Shown here piece by piece: positions 16,643 to 25,969 of a DNA stretch of 26,098 nucleotides (position 1 is its first letter; every line of letters begins with the position of its first letter). The DNA comes from Candidatus Hermodarchaeota archaeon. Its GTDB lineage: Archaea; Asgardarchaeota; Lokiarchaeia; Sigyniarchaeales; SOKP01. Where the stretch lies: the NCBI GenBank assembly GCA_048885535.1, contig JBHLLO010000039.1:1-26098 (forward strand), given 5' to 3'. The translations under genes were made by a program, and so were the position numbers. The notes below the pieces were generated by a model, which was not told where the DNA came from, did not search any database, and saw only the letters and a list, made by a program, of their open reading frames with translations.

Positions 16643-17542
16643 TCATTTTTTTAAAATCTTTATAAACTCATAGAAATACTCGTAAGATACTTTAAAGTGA
16701 TTATCCTCTCTTGAATAATTTAAACCATCATAAAACAAATCGATAAACCCCTGTTTATCTTTACTTTGTATGATTATTATATACTCTTTTAATAAATTTT
16801 CAAATTCATCTAATACTTTTTGAAATTCCTTGTTTTGTATTTGAATTTCACCAAACATTTCCATTTCTCTTTGGATAATACTTTCAGCAAAGACTTTTTG
16901 AAGTAAAAATGTCGTACCAGCATATTTTGTCAATTCACTTAATGGTTCATTTATTCTTCTCAAAAGATTTAGAAAAAGAATATTAAACATATGAGGTATT
17001 CCTAATGTCATTGCTATGTATTTATCATGTAATTCTGGGGTGGTTTCAGTAACTACTATACCATCTGATTTGAATAAACTCAATAAATCATCCACTTTCT
17101 TACTGTAACTTTCTGTACCACCAATTTTTAAAAGAAGAATATTATAATTCTTCATATCTTTAATTCCAGGACCAAACATAGGGTGAAGTGAAAGGCAGTT
17201 GATTGGATATTCTCTCCTAATTTGTTCAAATACTCTGACTACATCACTTTTTAATGAAGTGATATCAAAAATTAATGAATCATTTTTTAAGAACGGAGCT
17301 ACTTTTCTTATTAAATCTGCTGTTTGAGTAATAGGAACTGAGACCATGACTATATCTGCATCTTTAACACTTTTTTCAAGAGATAAGTCAAAATTTACAT
17401 TCAATTCATAAGCAGCGCGTTTTAAAATATCTTCATTACGAGCATGTAAAGTTATATTAAATCCATGTTTTTTAAAATATTTAGCAAAGACTTTCCCCAT
17501 CCCTCCTGAACCCCCTATTATTGTTAAATTATTTCCTAACAT
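16643..17542 (-). CDS. tyrA: Prephenate dehydrogenase
   Basis: IIGGSGGMG, VSVPI, DITSLK, LHPMFGP, HDKYIA..LGIPH. Coupled to aroE by a TAATG overlap at 17542. Confidence 0.9.
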   Translation of the reverse strand: MLGNNLTIIGGSGGMGKVFAKYFKKHGFNITLHARNEDILKRAAYELNVNFDLSLEKSVKDADIVMVSVPITQTADLIRKVAPFLKNDSLIFDITSLKSDVVRVFEQIRREYPINCLSLHPMFGPGIKDMKNYNILLLKIGGTESYSKKVDDLLSLFKSDGIVVTETTPELHDKYIAMTLGIPHMFNILFLNLLRRINEPLSELTKYAGTTFLLQKVFAESIIQREMEMFGEIQIQNKEFQKVLDEFENLLKEYIIIIQSKDKQGFIDLFYDGLNYSREDNHFKVSYEYFYEFIKILKK

Positions 17543-18411
17543 TAAACACTACCTAAATATTCAATTACTTTTGTTTTCATTAATTCTATATTTGGTTTCT
17601 TATTTGTCCACCATTCAAACGCTAGAGCTCCTTGGTTTACCAACATGTCTAAACCACCTAGAATTCGACAACCAATCTCCTTCGAATCCCTAAGTAACTG
17701 GGTTTCTAAAGGATTATAAATTACATCAAAAACAAATAATCTATTATGTAAATAATTTTTCGAAATTGGTGATATTTCTTTATTTGGAAACATCCCTATT
17801 GGAGTTGTATTTATTAAAATATCCGAACTATTTATTTCTTCTCTTATTATTGCGTCAGTATATTCTTTACTTTCGATATCGAACTCTATTTCGTTTTTCA
17901 AATCATTTACCAATCTCTTAGCTCGATCTTTAGTTCTATTAATTATTATAATTTTTTCAACTTCAGATGCTATAGCGTAAGAAATAGCCTTTGCAGCGCC
18001 TCCAGCTCCTAATAAAAGAACTTGTTTCCCAGCAATTTTACATCCCGCATCCAATAAAGCTTTTTTGGCTCCTTCCACATCTGTATTTCTACCCTTTAAA
18101 ATTCCATCTTCATTCTTAATTGTATTTATAGTTTTGATTTTTTGTGCAATATCATCAAGTACATCTACAAATTTTATTATCCTTTCTTTATGTGGAAGTG
18201 TAACATTTACACCTTTAATATTAAGTGTTTTTATTCCTTTTATTGCCTTTTTTAATGTATTTGGGTGTATGTCAAATGCTATATAGACATAATTCAATCT
18301 AAGATCCTGGATAGCAGCATTATGCATAATTGGGCTCATACTATGTTCAATTGGATGACCAATAACACCAAGGATTTTTGTTTGTGCTGTGAAATAATTC
18401 CTAACTAACAT
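17542..18411 (-). CDS. aroE: Shikimate dehydrogenase
   Basis: GHPIEHSMSPIMHN, NVTLPHK, NTD, GAGGAAKA, NRT, DVIYNPLET, GLDMLVNQG. Confidence 0.95.
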   Translation of the reverse strand: MLVRNYFTAQTKILGVIGHPIEHSMSPIMHNAAIQDLRLNYVYIAFDIHPNTLKKAIKGIKTLNIKGVNVTLPHKERIIKFVDVLDDIAQKIKTINTIKNEDGILKGRNTDVEGAKKALLDAGCKIAGKQVLLLGAGGAAKAISYAIASEVEKIIIINRTKDRAKRLVNDLKNEIEFDIESKEYTDAIIREEINSSDILINTTPIGMFPNKEISPISKNYLHNRLFVFDVIYNPLETQLLRDSKEIGCRILGGLDMLVNQGALAFEWWTNKKPNIELMKTKVIEYLGSV

Positions 18412-18503
18412 CTACAAATAAATCAATAAATTAATAACTATTAATATGTTTAAGGATAAAATTAATTTATAATTATTTAGCTAATATTGAAAATGAATAA
18501 GAA

Positions 18504-19070
18504 ATGAATCCTAAAATGAGAAAATTAACTCTTAAACCAAGTGTAAGTGTATTTCCCATGCCTACTGCTGTTATATCTGTAGGAAAAGGGGATGAAGCGA
18601 ATTTAATTACCCTTGCTTATTTAGGGAAAGTTTGTTTAAATCCTCCTATTGTAGTGATCTCAATTCAACCAAAACGTCATTCTTATAAGCTGATTGAAAA
18701 ACATGGTGAATTTGTAATCAACTATCCGACAATTAACCAATTAAAAGAAATTGATTATTGTGGAATGCATTCAGGAAGAGATGTAAATAAATGGGAAGCT
18801 TTAAATCTGACAAAAGAGCCTGCATCAATAGTTCAAGTGCCTATGGTAAAAGAATTTCCGTGGAATATGGAATGCAAAGTGATCAATCGAATTAAATTAG
18901 GTTCTCATGTTTGTTTTTTTGGAGAAGTAGTGGCTACACACTCAGATCCTAAATATGTGAAAGGTGACAATTTAAATCCTGATGAATTTAATTTTTGTGC
19001 CTATATATCAGGAAATTATCTTGAAATAAAGAAGGGATTATTGGAGAAGCATGGCTTTTCTATTAATTAA
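18504..19070 (+). CDS. Flavin reductase family protein (flavoredoxin-like)
   Basis: FPMP, NPP, RHSYKLI...GEFVIN, DYCGMHSGRDVNK, MECKV, GSH..FFGEVV. Confidence 0.88.
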   Translation: MNPKMRKLTLKPSVSVFPMPTAVISVGKGDEANLITLAYLGKVCLNPPIVVISIQPKRHSYKLIEKHGEFVINYPTINQLKEIDYCGMHSGRDVNKWEALNLTKEPASIVQVPMVKEFPWNMECKVINRIKLGSHVCFFGEVVATHSDPKYVKGDNLNPDEFNFCAYISGNYLEIKKGLLEKHGFSIN

Positions 19071-19108
19071 AGGAATCATTCTATATTTATTATATTAAGC
19101 GAAATGCT

Positions 19109-19645
19109 ATGATTAAGGATTCTATTGCACTTATTGGATTTATGGCAGCTGGTAAAACAGTAATTGGAAAAAAGCTTGCAAAGGATTTAGGAAATGATTA
19201 TAAATTCGTAGAAACTGATCATATTATTACAGAGCTTGCTGGTAAATCAATAATTCGAATTTTTAAAGAAGATGGAGAACAAAAGTTTAGGGAACTTGAA
19301 AGTAAGGCTTGTAAAAAAGTATCAAAATTAAGAAAAGCCGTTATTTCATGTGGTGGGGGCGTTGCTCTAAATAAAGAGAATATTATCTATTTGAAAGGAA
19401 ATTGTCTTATTATATTGCTAAACGCATCGTTTGATGAACTCTATGATAGAATAATGAGGAATGGGAAAGAAAAACGACCACTAATAGATAAAAATGATCC
19501 TAAAAAAGAAATAGCAAAGATTTTACAGTATAGACAACCTTTTTATATTGCTGCAGCAGACATCATTATAGATACTATAAGCAAAAAAATTAATGATGTT
19601 GTTGATGAAATTATCACTAAAATCATGGAGTATCAATCAAACTAG
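19109..19645 (+). CDS. aroK: Shikimate kinase, bacterial AroK (NMP-kinase fold) type
   Basis: LIGFMAAGKT, IFKEDGEQKFRELE, VISCGGG, KRPL, R..FY. Confidence 0.93.
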   Translation: MIKDSIALIGFMAAGKTVIGKKLAKDLGNDYKFVETDHIITELAGKSIIRIFKEDGEQKFRELESKACKKVSKLRKAVISCGGGVALNKENIIYLKGNCLIILLNASFDELYDRIMRNGKEKRPLIDKNDPKKEIAKILQYRQPFYIAAADIIIDTISKKINDVVDEIITKIMEYQSN

Positions 19646-19730
19646 AGTTTCTCACATAAAATTTTATTCAAAAAGCTACATTTAAATTCAGGAAGTATTA
19701 CTATTTAATAAAAAGCAAAGGTTTTGTAGA

Positions 19731-19904
19731 ATGACAGAATCATATAAAAGGTTTAGATGTGCACAGTGTGGAGAAGAAAATCCTAGAAAGCTTCATGAAG
19801 AACCAGATAAGACTCAAGTGATTTATTTTTCCATGCAAGGAGCACCTGTTTATAAGAAAAAGATACGATGCGGTTCGTGTGGAACGATATTTGATAAAAT
19901 TTAA
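19731..19904 (+). CDS. Small C4 zinc-ribbon protein, 57 aa (not in ORF track)
   Basis: Hand translation gives MTESYKRFRCAQCGEENPRKLHEEPDKTQVIYFSMQGAPVYKKKIRCGSCGTIFDKI*, with two CxxCG knuckles. A T-rich tract follows. Confidence 0.8.
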   Translation: MTESYKRFRCAQCGEENPRKLHEEPDKTQVIYFSMQGAPVYKKKIRCGSCGTIFDKI

Positions 19905-19940
19905 TGAATATAAACTATTTTGTTTCTTTTTCCTATTTTT

Positions 19941-21152
19941 TTATAATGTTAAAACTATTCTATTGTGAGCTTTTAACATATCTCTCATGATGAGTTCCAT
20001 AGCTTCTTTAATATCTGGAATATTATCAGGTAGGCTTCGCTTTGCGTTAACACTTGCCATTAAAATTTCATTCAATCCGCGTAATATCATATCTGGATTA
20101 TACCATGGCCTTTGTGAGGCCCACCATTGTTGACAACTATGAATTCCCCTATCAAGTAAATTTCGTGCGTTGTCAAAGGTCCTCTTTTTTTCATCATCCA
20201 TACTTTCTCTGTATTTTGCGGATAAATGAACCAAGGTCAAAGCATACATAAAAAAACGCTGCTGTTCTCTATGGATATCATTATTGGGGTCAAACCATAA
20301 CGGAAATGGTATATCATGTGCTAAATCATATGGCAATGTTGACCAACTGGATTGACGAGGAACTTGTTTGTGTCCCTTTGGAAATTTATCTATAATCTCT
20401 GAAATTGTGCAGATTTTTATGTCATGCCTATGAGGTATACTTTGAAATAGAGGAATTAAAAAATCATTGATGGCATGTTTGACATGATGACCAAATGTTT
20501 CACCATCCATAGCAAGAATTACATAATAATCATCTGAAGTATGTTTATAATAAAGACGGGAAATAAATGAGTCAATATTGTTAATTTTATCAAATGCACA
20601 ATCAATAGAGATATAATCATCACGAAAAATTAAGTTTAAACCATTCATGTGCTGAGAAATATACGTTGTTGGAAATTCTGGTAATGTATTTGCAATTCCA
20701 CTTATAATTATCCAATTAAAGCCTAATTTTTTTACAGTTTCAAGGACTTCTTCAGAGACTGCCATCTCAGGAGGAAAAAAGCCACGAGGATTGTAGAGTT
20801 TTCCGAAAAATTTACGACTAGTTTCATCGTTCAGCTTAATTTGGCGTTCAATTTCTGGTTCGGGAATAAGTGGTAAAATTGGATGAAACTTTGCTGAACC
20901 TGTAAATTCAATCTGGCTTCGGGAAGCGACTAATTTAATAGATTGAATTAAATCGTCATAACCAAAATCATGAAGTTGTTCTGTCAATGTACCATTAATA
21001 TTTAGTGTTATTTTAGCATCTGGATGATTTATCAGTGCATCAATAATAGGTTTATATGATTCACTTACAATTTGTCTGATGACCTGCGGTATTTGCACTG
21101 GGGGTTGATATATATGAAATAAAAATGCAAAATATATGACCATATAAATCAA
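19941..21152 (-). CDS. Glycoside hydrolase family 57 protein
   Basis: HIYQP, HPILPLIP, nucleophile region FFPPEMA, acid/base DGETFGHH, SSW, HSCQQWW. Confidence 0.88.
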   Translation of the reverse strand: MIYMVIYFAFLFHIYQPPVQIPQVIRQIVSESYKPIIDALINHPDAKITLNINGTLTEQLHDFGYDDLIQSIKLVASRSQIEFTGSAKFHPILPLIPEPEIERQIKLNDETSRKFFGKLYNPRGFFPPEMAVSEEVLETVKKLGFNWIIISGIANTLPEFPTTYISQHMNGLNLIFRDDYISIDCAFDKINNIDSFISRLYYKHTSDDYYVILAMDGETFGHHVKHAINDFLIPLFQSIPHRHDIKICTISEIIDKFPKGHKQVPRQSSWSTLPYDLAHDIPFPLWFDPNNDIHREQQRFFMYALTLVHLSAKYRESMDDEKKRTFDNARNLLDRGIHSCQQWWASQRPWYNPDMILRGLNEILMASVNAKRSLPDNIPDIKEAMELIMRDMLKAHNRIVLTL

Positions 21153-21190
21153 TTTTAGTTATTTATATTATAATTTTAAGTATAGATTCA

Positions 21191-21943
21191 TTATTCATTT
21201 GAGATTAACTCATATAATTCTTGCATTGTTTTCACATAAATTTGTCCTGGTGCTGTTTGTTCCTCCAATGTGGCATATGTTAGAAATGAGCCTAATTTTA
21301 CACACATCAATCTCGAGAGTATTCCTAAATAATCCATACAAAAGGATATAACCTTTTTGTTATTTCTTGATAAATCTTGGCAAAGTTTTAAAGGAGTTAT
21401 GTTATCTTCAAAATTCTGTGCTGTGAATATTAGTTTATACACGCTTTTCCCCAGAATATCAAATTCATTCATTCTATTTTTAATTACTGTCTCTTCAAAT
21501 CTTAAAATTATTTCTTTTACTATTTCATAATCTGGAGTTTCTTCAAGGTTATGATAAGAAAAGATTAGATTAACTTTTTTCATATAAGATAAATTTATAA
21601 TACATCTAAGAGTGTCTAAATCTGAGTTCATTTCTATATCAAGAAAGTCTGGTTGGCTACCAATTAAAACTTCTAGCTTTTCTATTCTATGAGATTTTTC
21701 GATTTTATTTCTTCCCCCTTCAGAATCGTGTCTAAGAGTAAAAATACAATAAGCTTGATTTTCAATCAAGTCTTTTATTTGTCTAACAAATTTTTCAGTT
21801 AAATATTCAAGTTTATTAATATAATCGAATCTAAATTCAATAAATGCAGGATTGAATGTTAAGGCTTTGTCCACTAATGTTTTAATTTCTATAAAATTAT
21901 CATTTTTAATTGGAATAGAGATGCAAATATTATACATTATCAT
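21191..21943 (-). CDS. aroD: Type I 3-dehydroquinate dehydratase
   Basis: IEFRFD, IFTLR..SEGG, DIE, SYHN..ETP, Schiff-base Lys in VYKL, SRL, TAPGQ. Confidence 0.88.
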   Translation of the reverse strand: MIMYNICISIPIKNDNFIEIKTLVDKALTFNPAFIEFRFDYINKLEYLTEKFVRQIKDLIENQAYCIFTLRHDSEGGRNKIEKSHRIEKLEVLIGSQPDFLDIEMNSDLDTLRCIINLSYMKKVNLIFSYHNLEETPDYEIVKEIILRFEETVIKNRMNEFDILGKSVYKLIFTAQNFEDNITPLKLCQDLSRNNKKVISFCMDYLGILSRLMCVKLGSFLTYATLEEQTAPGQIYVKTMQELYELISNE

Positions 21944-21973
21944 AATATAAAAAGAATAAAAATAAAAATAAAG

Positions 21974-22618
21974 TTATAGTTCTAATACTCTTCTGACTTC
22001 TTCTTCAGTCAATTTATTTTCATAATTAATTTCTTTTACTGTTCCTTTGCTTTTATAATAATCCAGAAGAGGTTTTGCATTTTCTTTATAGACATTAAGT
22101 CGATTTCTTAATATTTCTTCATTATCATCGCTTCTTTGTTCAAATTTTATTGATGCTCCACATTTATCACATGTACCCTCTTTCTTTGGTTTCATAAAAT
22201 ATTTATTATAGAGTTCACCACAGTTAGGACATGAATATCTGCCGAGAATTCTTTTAATTATAATCTCCTCATCTACTTTTAATAGAATAACAAAATCTAT
22301 TTCAGTTATATCTGACAACGCCTCTGCTTGAGACAAGGTCCGTGGAAAACCATCGAGCACAAAACCATTATCTTTAACATCTTCCCTATTCAATCTATCC
22401 TTTATCATTTCAATAACAATTCTATCTGGGACCAACTCTCCCTTTTCCATAAATTTTTTAGCTTCTAAACCTAAAGAAGTTTCATTTTTCAAGTTTTCTC
22501 GAAAAATATCACCTGTACTGATGTGAATTATTTCGGGTAACACTTGCTTAATTTGTGCTGAAAATGTACCTTTTCCAGCTCCAGGAGGACCAAAAAGAAC
22601 TATTCTTTTCAAATTCAA
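21974..22618 (-). CDS. adk: Adenylate kinase, bacterial/long type with Zn-binding lid
   Basis: GPPGAGKGT, HISTGDIFR, GELVPD, LDGFPRT, lid CPNC...CDKC, RSDD. TTG start. Confidence 0.93.
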   Translation of the reverse strand: MNLKRIVLFGPPGAGKGTFSAQIKQVLPEIIHISTGDIFRENLKNETSLGLEAKKFMEKGELVPDRIVIEMIKDRLNREDVKDNGFVLDGFPRTLSQAEALSDITEIDFVILLKVDEEIIIKRILGRYSCPNCGELYNKYFMKPKKEGTCDKCGASIKFEQRSDDNEEILRNRLNVYKENAKPLLDYYKSKGTVKEINYENKLTEEEVRRVLEL

Positions 22619-22725
22619 TTCACTTTAATAAATTTAATAGTAGTTTTAAATATGCTAATCAAAATTAATTTTACTATTTGATATCATTTATTATCAAATG
22701 AAATAAAAAATTAAAAAAAAGATGA

Positions 22726-22860
22726 TTATCTTTCTTCCTGAATTTCTTCTAACCACTTTCCTTTTGGTTCATAAGGTTTCAAGAATAGTATGAATAGAGG
22801 AATTATCATCAATATACCAGGAATAACTCAAAACATTACCACATCTGGATCTGAAGAAGT
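22726..22860 (-). pseudogene. Remnant of a membrane transporter C-terminus (MFS sugar-porter-like)
   Basis: Translates as TSSDPDVVMF*VIPGILMIIPLFILFLKPYEPKGKWLEEIQEER*. A TM helix is followed by a PETKGxxLEEI-like motif. There is an internal TGA at 22828-22830 and no upstream gene body. Confidence 0.6.
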
Positions 22861-22898
22861 TGTTTAAGTCCTCCGATTTGGTTAGGTTTGACCCCCCC

Positions 22899-23729
22899 TT
22901 AGAGAAAGAAATCGGGGATAAGTTTAGAGCCAGATACTATGGAATATCTTTCTAAATTTGTAACACCATGCTCAATTAAGACTTCATCATCGATGAAAAA
23001 ATTTCCCGTACATTCTCTACTAGATTTTGTTAATATTATGTAAGCTGCATCAGCAACGATCTCTGGTTTCCTTGAATGTTTGATTGTTGCCTCTCCACCT
23101 AATAAATTTTTGACTGCCGCAGTAGCTATAGCTGTACGAGGCCAAAGAGCATTAACAGCAATCCTATCCTTCTTAAATTCTTCAGCCATCCCTAGTACAC
23201 ACATACTCATCCCATATTTAGACATCGTATAAGCAACATGAAGTGCAAACCATTTAGGATCCATATTTAATGGAGGAGAGAGATTTAGAATATGTGGATT
23301 TTCAGATTTTTTCAAATAAGGAAGACATAGTTTTGAACATAAGAATGTACCCCGTACATTAACTGAGAACATAAGATCAAATCTTTTCATGGTTGTACCT
23401 AATGTTGGAGTTAAGCTTATAGCACTTGCGTCATTGACTAATATATCAATTCCCCCAAATTCACTAATGGTGGCATCCACAGCTGCTTCGACTTGATCTT
23501 CGAATCTTATATCTGCTATACATGCAAGACCTTTTCCACCGGCTTTATTGATATCCTCTACTGCACTATATACCGTACCCTCTAACTTGGGATGTGGTTC
23601 AGCAGTTTTAGCAACAACGGCGATTCTTGCCCCATCTTGGGCGGCTCTCATAGCAATTGCTTTTCCTATACCTCGACTTGCCCCTGTAATGAATAGGATT
23701 TTATCTTTTAGACTTATCATTTTAATCAT
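22899..23729 (-). CDS. SDR family NAD(P)-dependent oxidoreductase (HSDL2-like)
   Basis: TGASRGIG, AKTAEPHPKLEGT, NLSPPL, YTMSK, NALWPRTAIATAA. The start may be the ATG at 23720. Confidence 0.92.
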   Translation of the reverse strand: MIKMISLKDKILFITGASRGIGKAIAMRAAQDGARIAVVAKTAEPHPKLEGTVYSAVEDINKAGGKGLACIADIRFEDQVEAAVDATISEFGGIDILVNDASAISLTPTLGTTMKRFDLMFSVNVRGTFLCSKLCLPYLKKSENPHILNLSPPLNMDPKWFALHVAYTMSKYGMSMCVLGMAEEFKKDRIAVNALWPRTAIATAAVKNLLGGEATIKHSRKPEIVADAAYIILTKSSRECTGNFFIDDEVLIEHGVTNLERYSIVSGSKLIPDFFL

Positions 23730-25227
23730 CTACCCTACATTCATGAATTAATCTTCCCTTCTCACTTAAATTCATAACTACAACTTTAGGACGACTCATC
23801 GCTTCTATCGAATATTTTATGCCTTGTGTTCCCAATCCTGAGGATTTTGTTCCTAAAAATGGAAAATGATCGGGACCTCTTTCACTTTGACCATTAATCT
23901 GTACTGTTCCAACTTCTAACTCTTGTGCAATGTTAAAGGCAAGATCAATATTATTTGTAAATATCATCCCTTGTAATCCATATTCTGACTTATTTGAAAT
24001 TTCAATCGCTTCTTCAGCGCTACGAATACGAATGAAAGGCAATACTGGACCAAAAGGTTCCTCCCATGCGATCCGCATATCTGTTGTTACATTATCAAGA
24101 ACAGTAGGCCACATTATGTTTCCTTCTCTTCGATTTCCACATTTTAAAATAGCCCCCTTACTCAAAGCATCATCAATTAAACCTTGGACATAATCACACC
24201 TTTTTGAATTTATTAAAGGTCCAATTGCTTTATTTTCGGCTGGATTCCCAATACTTAAATTTAATACTTCTTTAACAATTCTTTCCACCAAAATATCAGC
24301 AATTCGTGGCATTGGTAAAACTCTTTTAACAGCAGTGCATCTCTGTCCACTAAAAGAAAAAGCTCCTTTAACAATCGCTTTTGCGGTTAATTCTAAATTT
24401 GCGTCATCAAGAACTATAGCAGCATCTTTTCCACCTAATTCTAATAGTAGTGGTTTCATTCCTGCTACATTAGCAAGATGTTTTCCTGTTTCTGAAGATC
24501 CAGTAAAACTTATCATATCTATTTTTGGATGAGCAGTTAAGTAATCTCCAATTTCTGAACCACGACCTGTAACAATATTGAATACTCCTGGTGGAATCCC
24601 AGCTTCTTCCAAAATCACGCCAAAGTATAATGGGGTTATAGCTCCTTCACTTGGTGGCTTCATTATAACACTGTTTCCAGCTACGAGTGCTGGAGCTATT
24701 TTTGAACCTGTTAAATTAAATGGGTAATTAAATGGTCCTATACATAAAATAACTCCTAAAGGAACTCTATAAGTCATCGAGATCTTATCTTTTGTAAAGC
24801 CTTTAAAAGCATCTCCCATAATTGTTTCACCAACTATTTGAGATCCTGCATCCGCTGTTGCATTAAAAATATCTGCTGTTCTTCTAATTTCTGAAACAGC
24901 GCTTTTTAGTGGTTTTCCTACTTCTTGCATTAGAATTCTTCCTATAGGTTCAGCCCATTTAATCATTAAATCTGCTGCTCTTCTTAAAACTTTCACTCTT
25001 TCTTCTAATGGTGTGTTTTCCCAGCAATCTACATTTTCTTTAGCATAATCGATCACATCATCAACATCTTCTTTACTACATGATTGAACGTACCCAATCA
25101 AATCATTATTATAAGGATTGTAGATAGCAATTATTTCACCTGATTTGGATACTTTCCATTTTCCATTAGTATAATATTTGTAACTTAATCCGTCTTTCAT
25201 TGGAGAAAATTCTTTAGTCTCATTCAT
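23722..25227 (-). CDS. gapN: Non-phosphorylating NADP-dependent glyceraldehyde-3-phosphate dehydrogenase (ALDH family)
   Basis: PFNYPFNLTGSKIAPAL, FTGS, LELGGKD, SGQRCTAVKR, WEEPFGP, ERGPDHFPF. Confidence 0.88.
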   Translation of the reverse strand: MNETKEFSPMKDGLSYKYYTNGKWKVSKSGEIIAIYNPYNNDLIGYVQSCSKEDVDDVIDYAKENVDCWENTPLEERVKVLRRAADLMIKWAEPIGRILMQEVGKPLKSAVSEIRRTADIFNATADAGSQIVGETIMGDAFKGFTKDKISMTYRVPLGVILCIGPFNYPFNLTGSKIAPALVAGNSVIMKPPSEGAITPLYFGVILEEAGIPPGVFNIVTGRGSEIGDYLTAHPKIDMISFTGSSETGKHLANVAGMKPLLLELGGKDAAIVLDDANLELTAKAIVKGAFSFSGQRCTAVKRVLPMPRIADILVERIVKEVLNLSIGNPAENKAIGPLINSKRCDYVQGLIDDALSKGAILKCGNRREGNIMWPTVLDNVTTDMRIAWEEPFGPVLPFIRIRSAEEAIEISNKSEYGLQGMIFTNNIDLAFNIAQELEVGTVQINGQSERGPDHFPFLGTKSSGLGTQGIKYSIEAMSRPKVVVMNLSEKGRLIHECRVDD

Positions 25228-25357
25228 TTTTTATCGTGATATTATTAAAATTAATATTATAAGAGATTTTTGTTAAAAATTTAAGGTTATCCCTAATTTT
25301 TTATAAAAAATAGTTCGATTTTATGAAATTCAAGCAGTGACTCTGAGATTTTTATAT

Positions 25358-25945
25358 TTATTCCGTTTTTATGGCATTCTTTAGGTGTCTAGTTAAAAAC
25401 TCAACTCTTTTGCGTTCTTTAATACTTAATAACTTTGAAAAATTTTTCTTGATTGAATAACCATAATAAGAATTCCCAAAAAAAGTATTAGTTTTAAATA
25501 TAGTCCTTAGAATATAATCTTTGCTTCCCAAATGAAGATAAATTGATAAATCGTTCAAAACTAAAATAGAGGTAGGATTTTCGTTAAATATTTGTAAGAT
25601 ATTAGATGTTATTTTATAATTGTGACATAGATTTTTATATAAATCCTCTTTATTATCTGCTCTTAGTCGAGGTGGAATTATCTCTCCCTTGTATTTAATA
25701 TAATTACAATTCTTGCTATCTTTGAAATAATCTTTAATTCTACCTCCAATCTTCAAATTGTCAATGTAAGTTAATTTTGGGGCAAAATCTATTATAGAAA
25801 TCTCTTTAGGCTCCACATTCTCCAATTTCATTAAATACTCAACAAATTTTGAGGTTAAATAGGTTTTTTGAGTGTCATTTTCTCCGTATAATAGAGTATA
25901 TTGCCCAATAAATTTCTGAAAATCTAAATTATTTAAATTAATCAT
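25358..25945 (-). CDS. Hypothetical protein, degenerate P-loop NTPase-like fold
   Basis: TLLYGENDTQKT (Walker A-like), IIDFAP, IIPPRL, ILVLND (Walker B-like), NSYYG. Confidence 0.7.
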   Translation of the reverse strand: MINLNNLDFQKFIGQYTLLYGENDTQKTYLTSKFVEYLMKLENVEPKEISIIDFAPKLTYIDNLKIGGRIKDYFKDSKNCNYIKYKGEIIPPRLRADNKEDLYKNLCHNYKITSNILQIFNENPTSILVLNDLSIYLHLGSKDYILRTIFKTNTFFGNSYYGYSIKKNFSKLLSIKERKRVEFLTRHLKNAIKTE

Positions 25946-25969
25946 AAATCTTAGTAAATTATAATATAG

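Noticed and set aside
22828-22830. In-frame TGA as selenocysteine
   Set aside because: It falls at a TM helix position with no redox motif, in a fragment lacking the rest of the gene. A nonsense mutation is simpler.
22865-22898. GGGG-initiated sequence as a Tn3-like terminal inverted repeat
   Set aside because: No partner repeat, target duplication or transposase, and poor match beyond the G run.
524-24532. Short alternative-frame or antisense ORFs in the track (524, 1342, 2958, 5635, 7142, 7868, 11079, 12963, 18065, 20054, 23548, 23930, 24335)
   Set aside because: All lie within or almost wholly overlap well-supported genes and have no motifs, so they are shadow ORFs.
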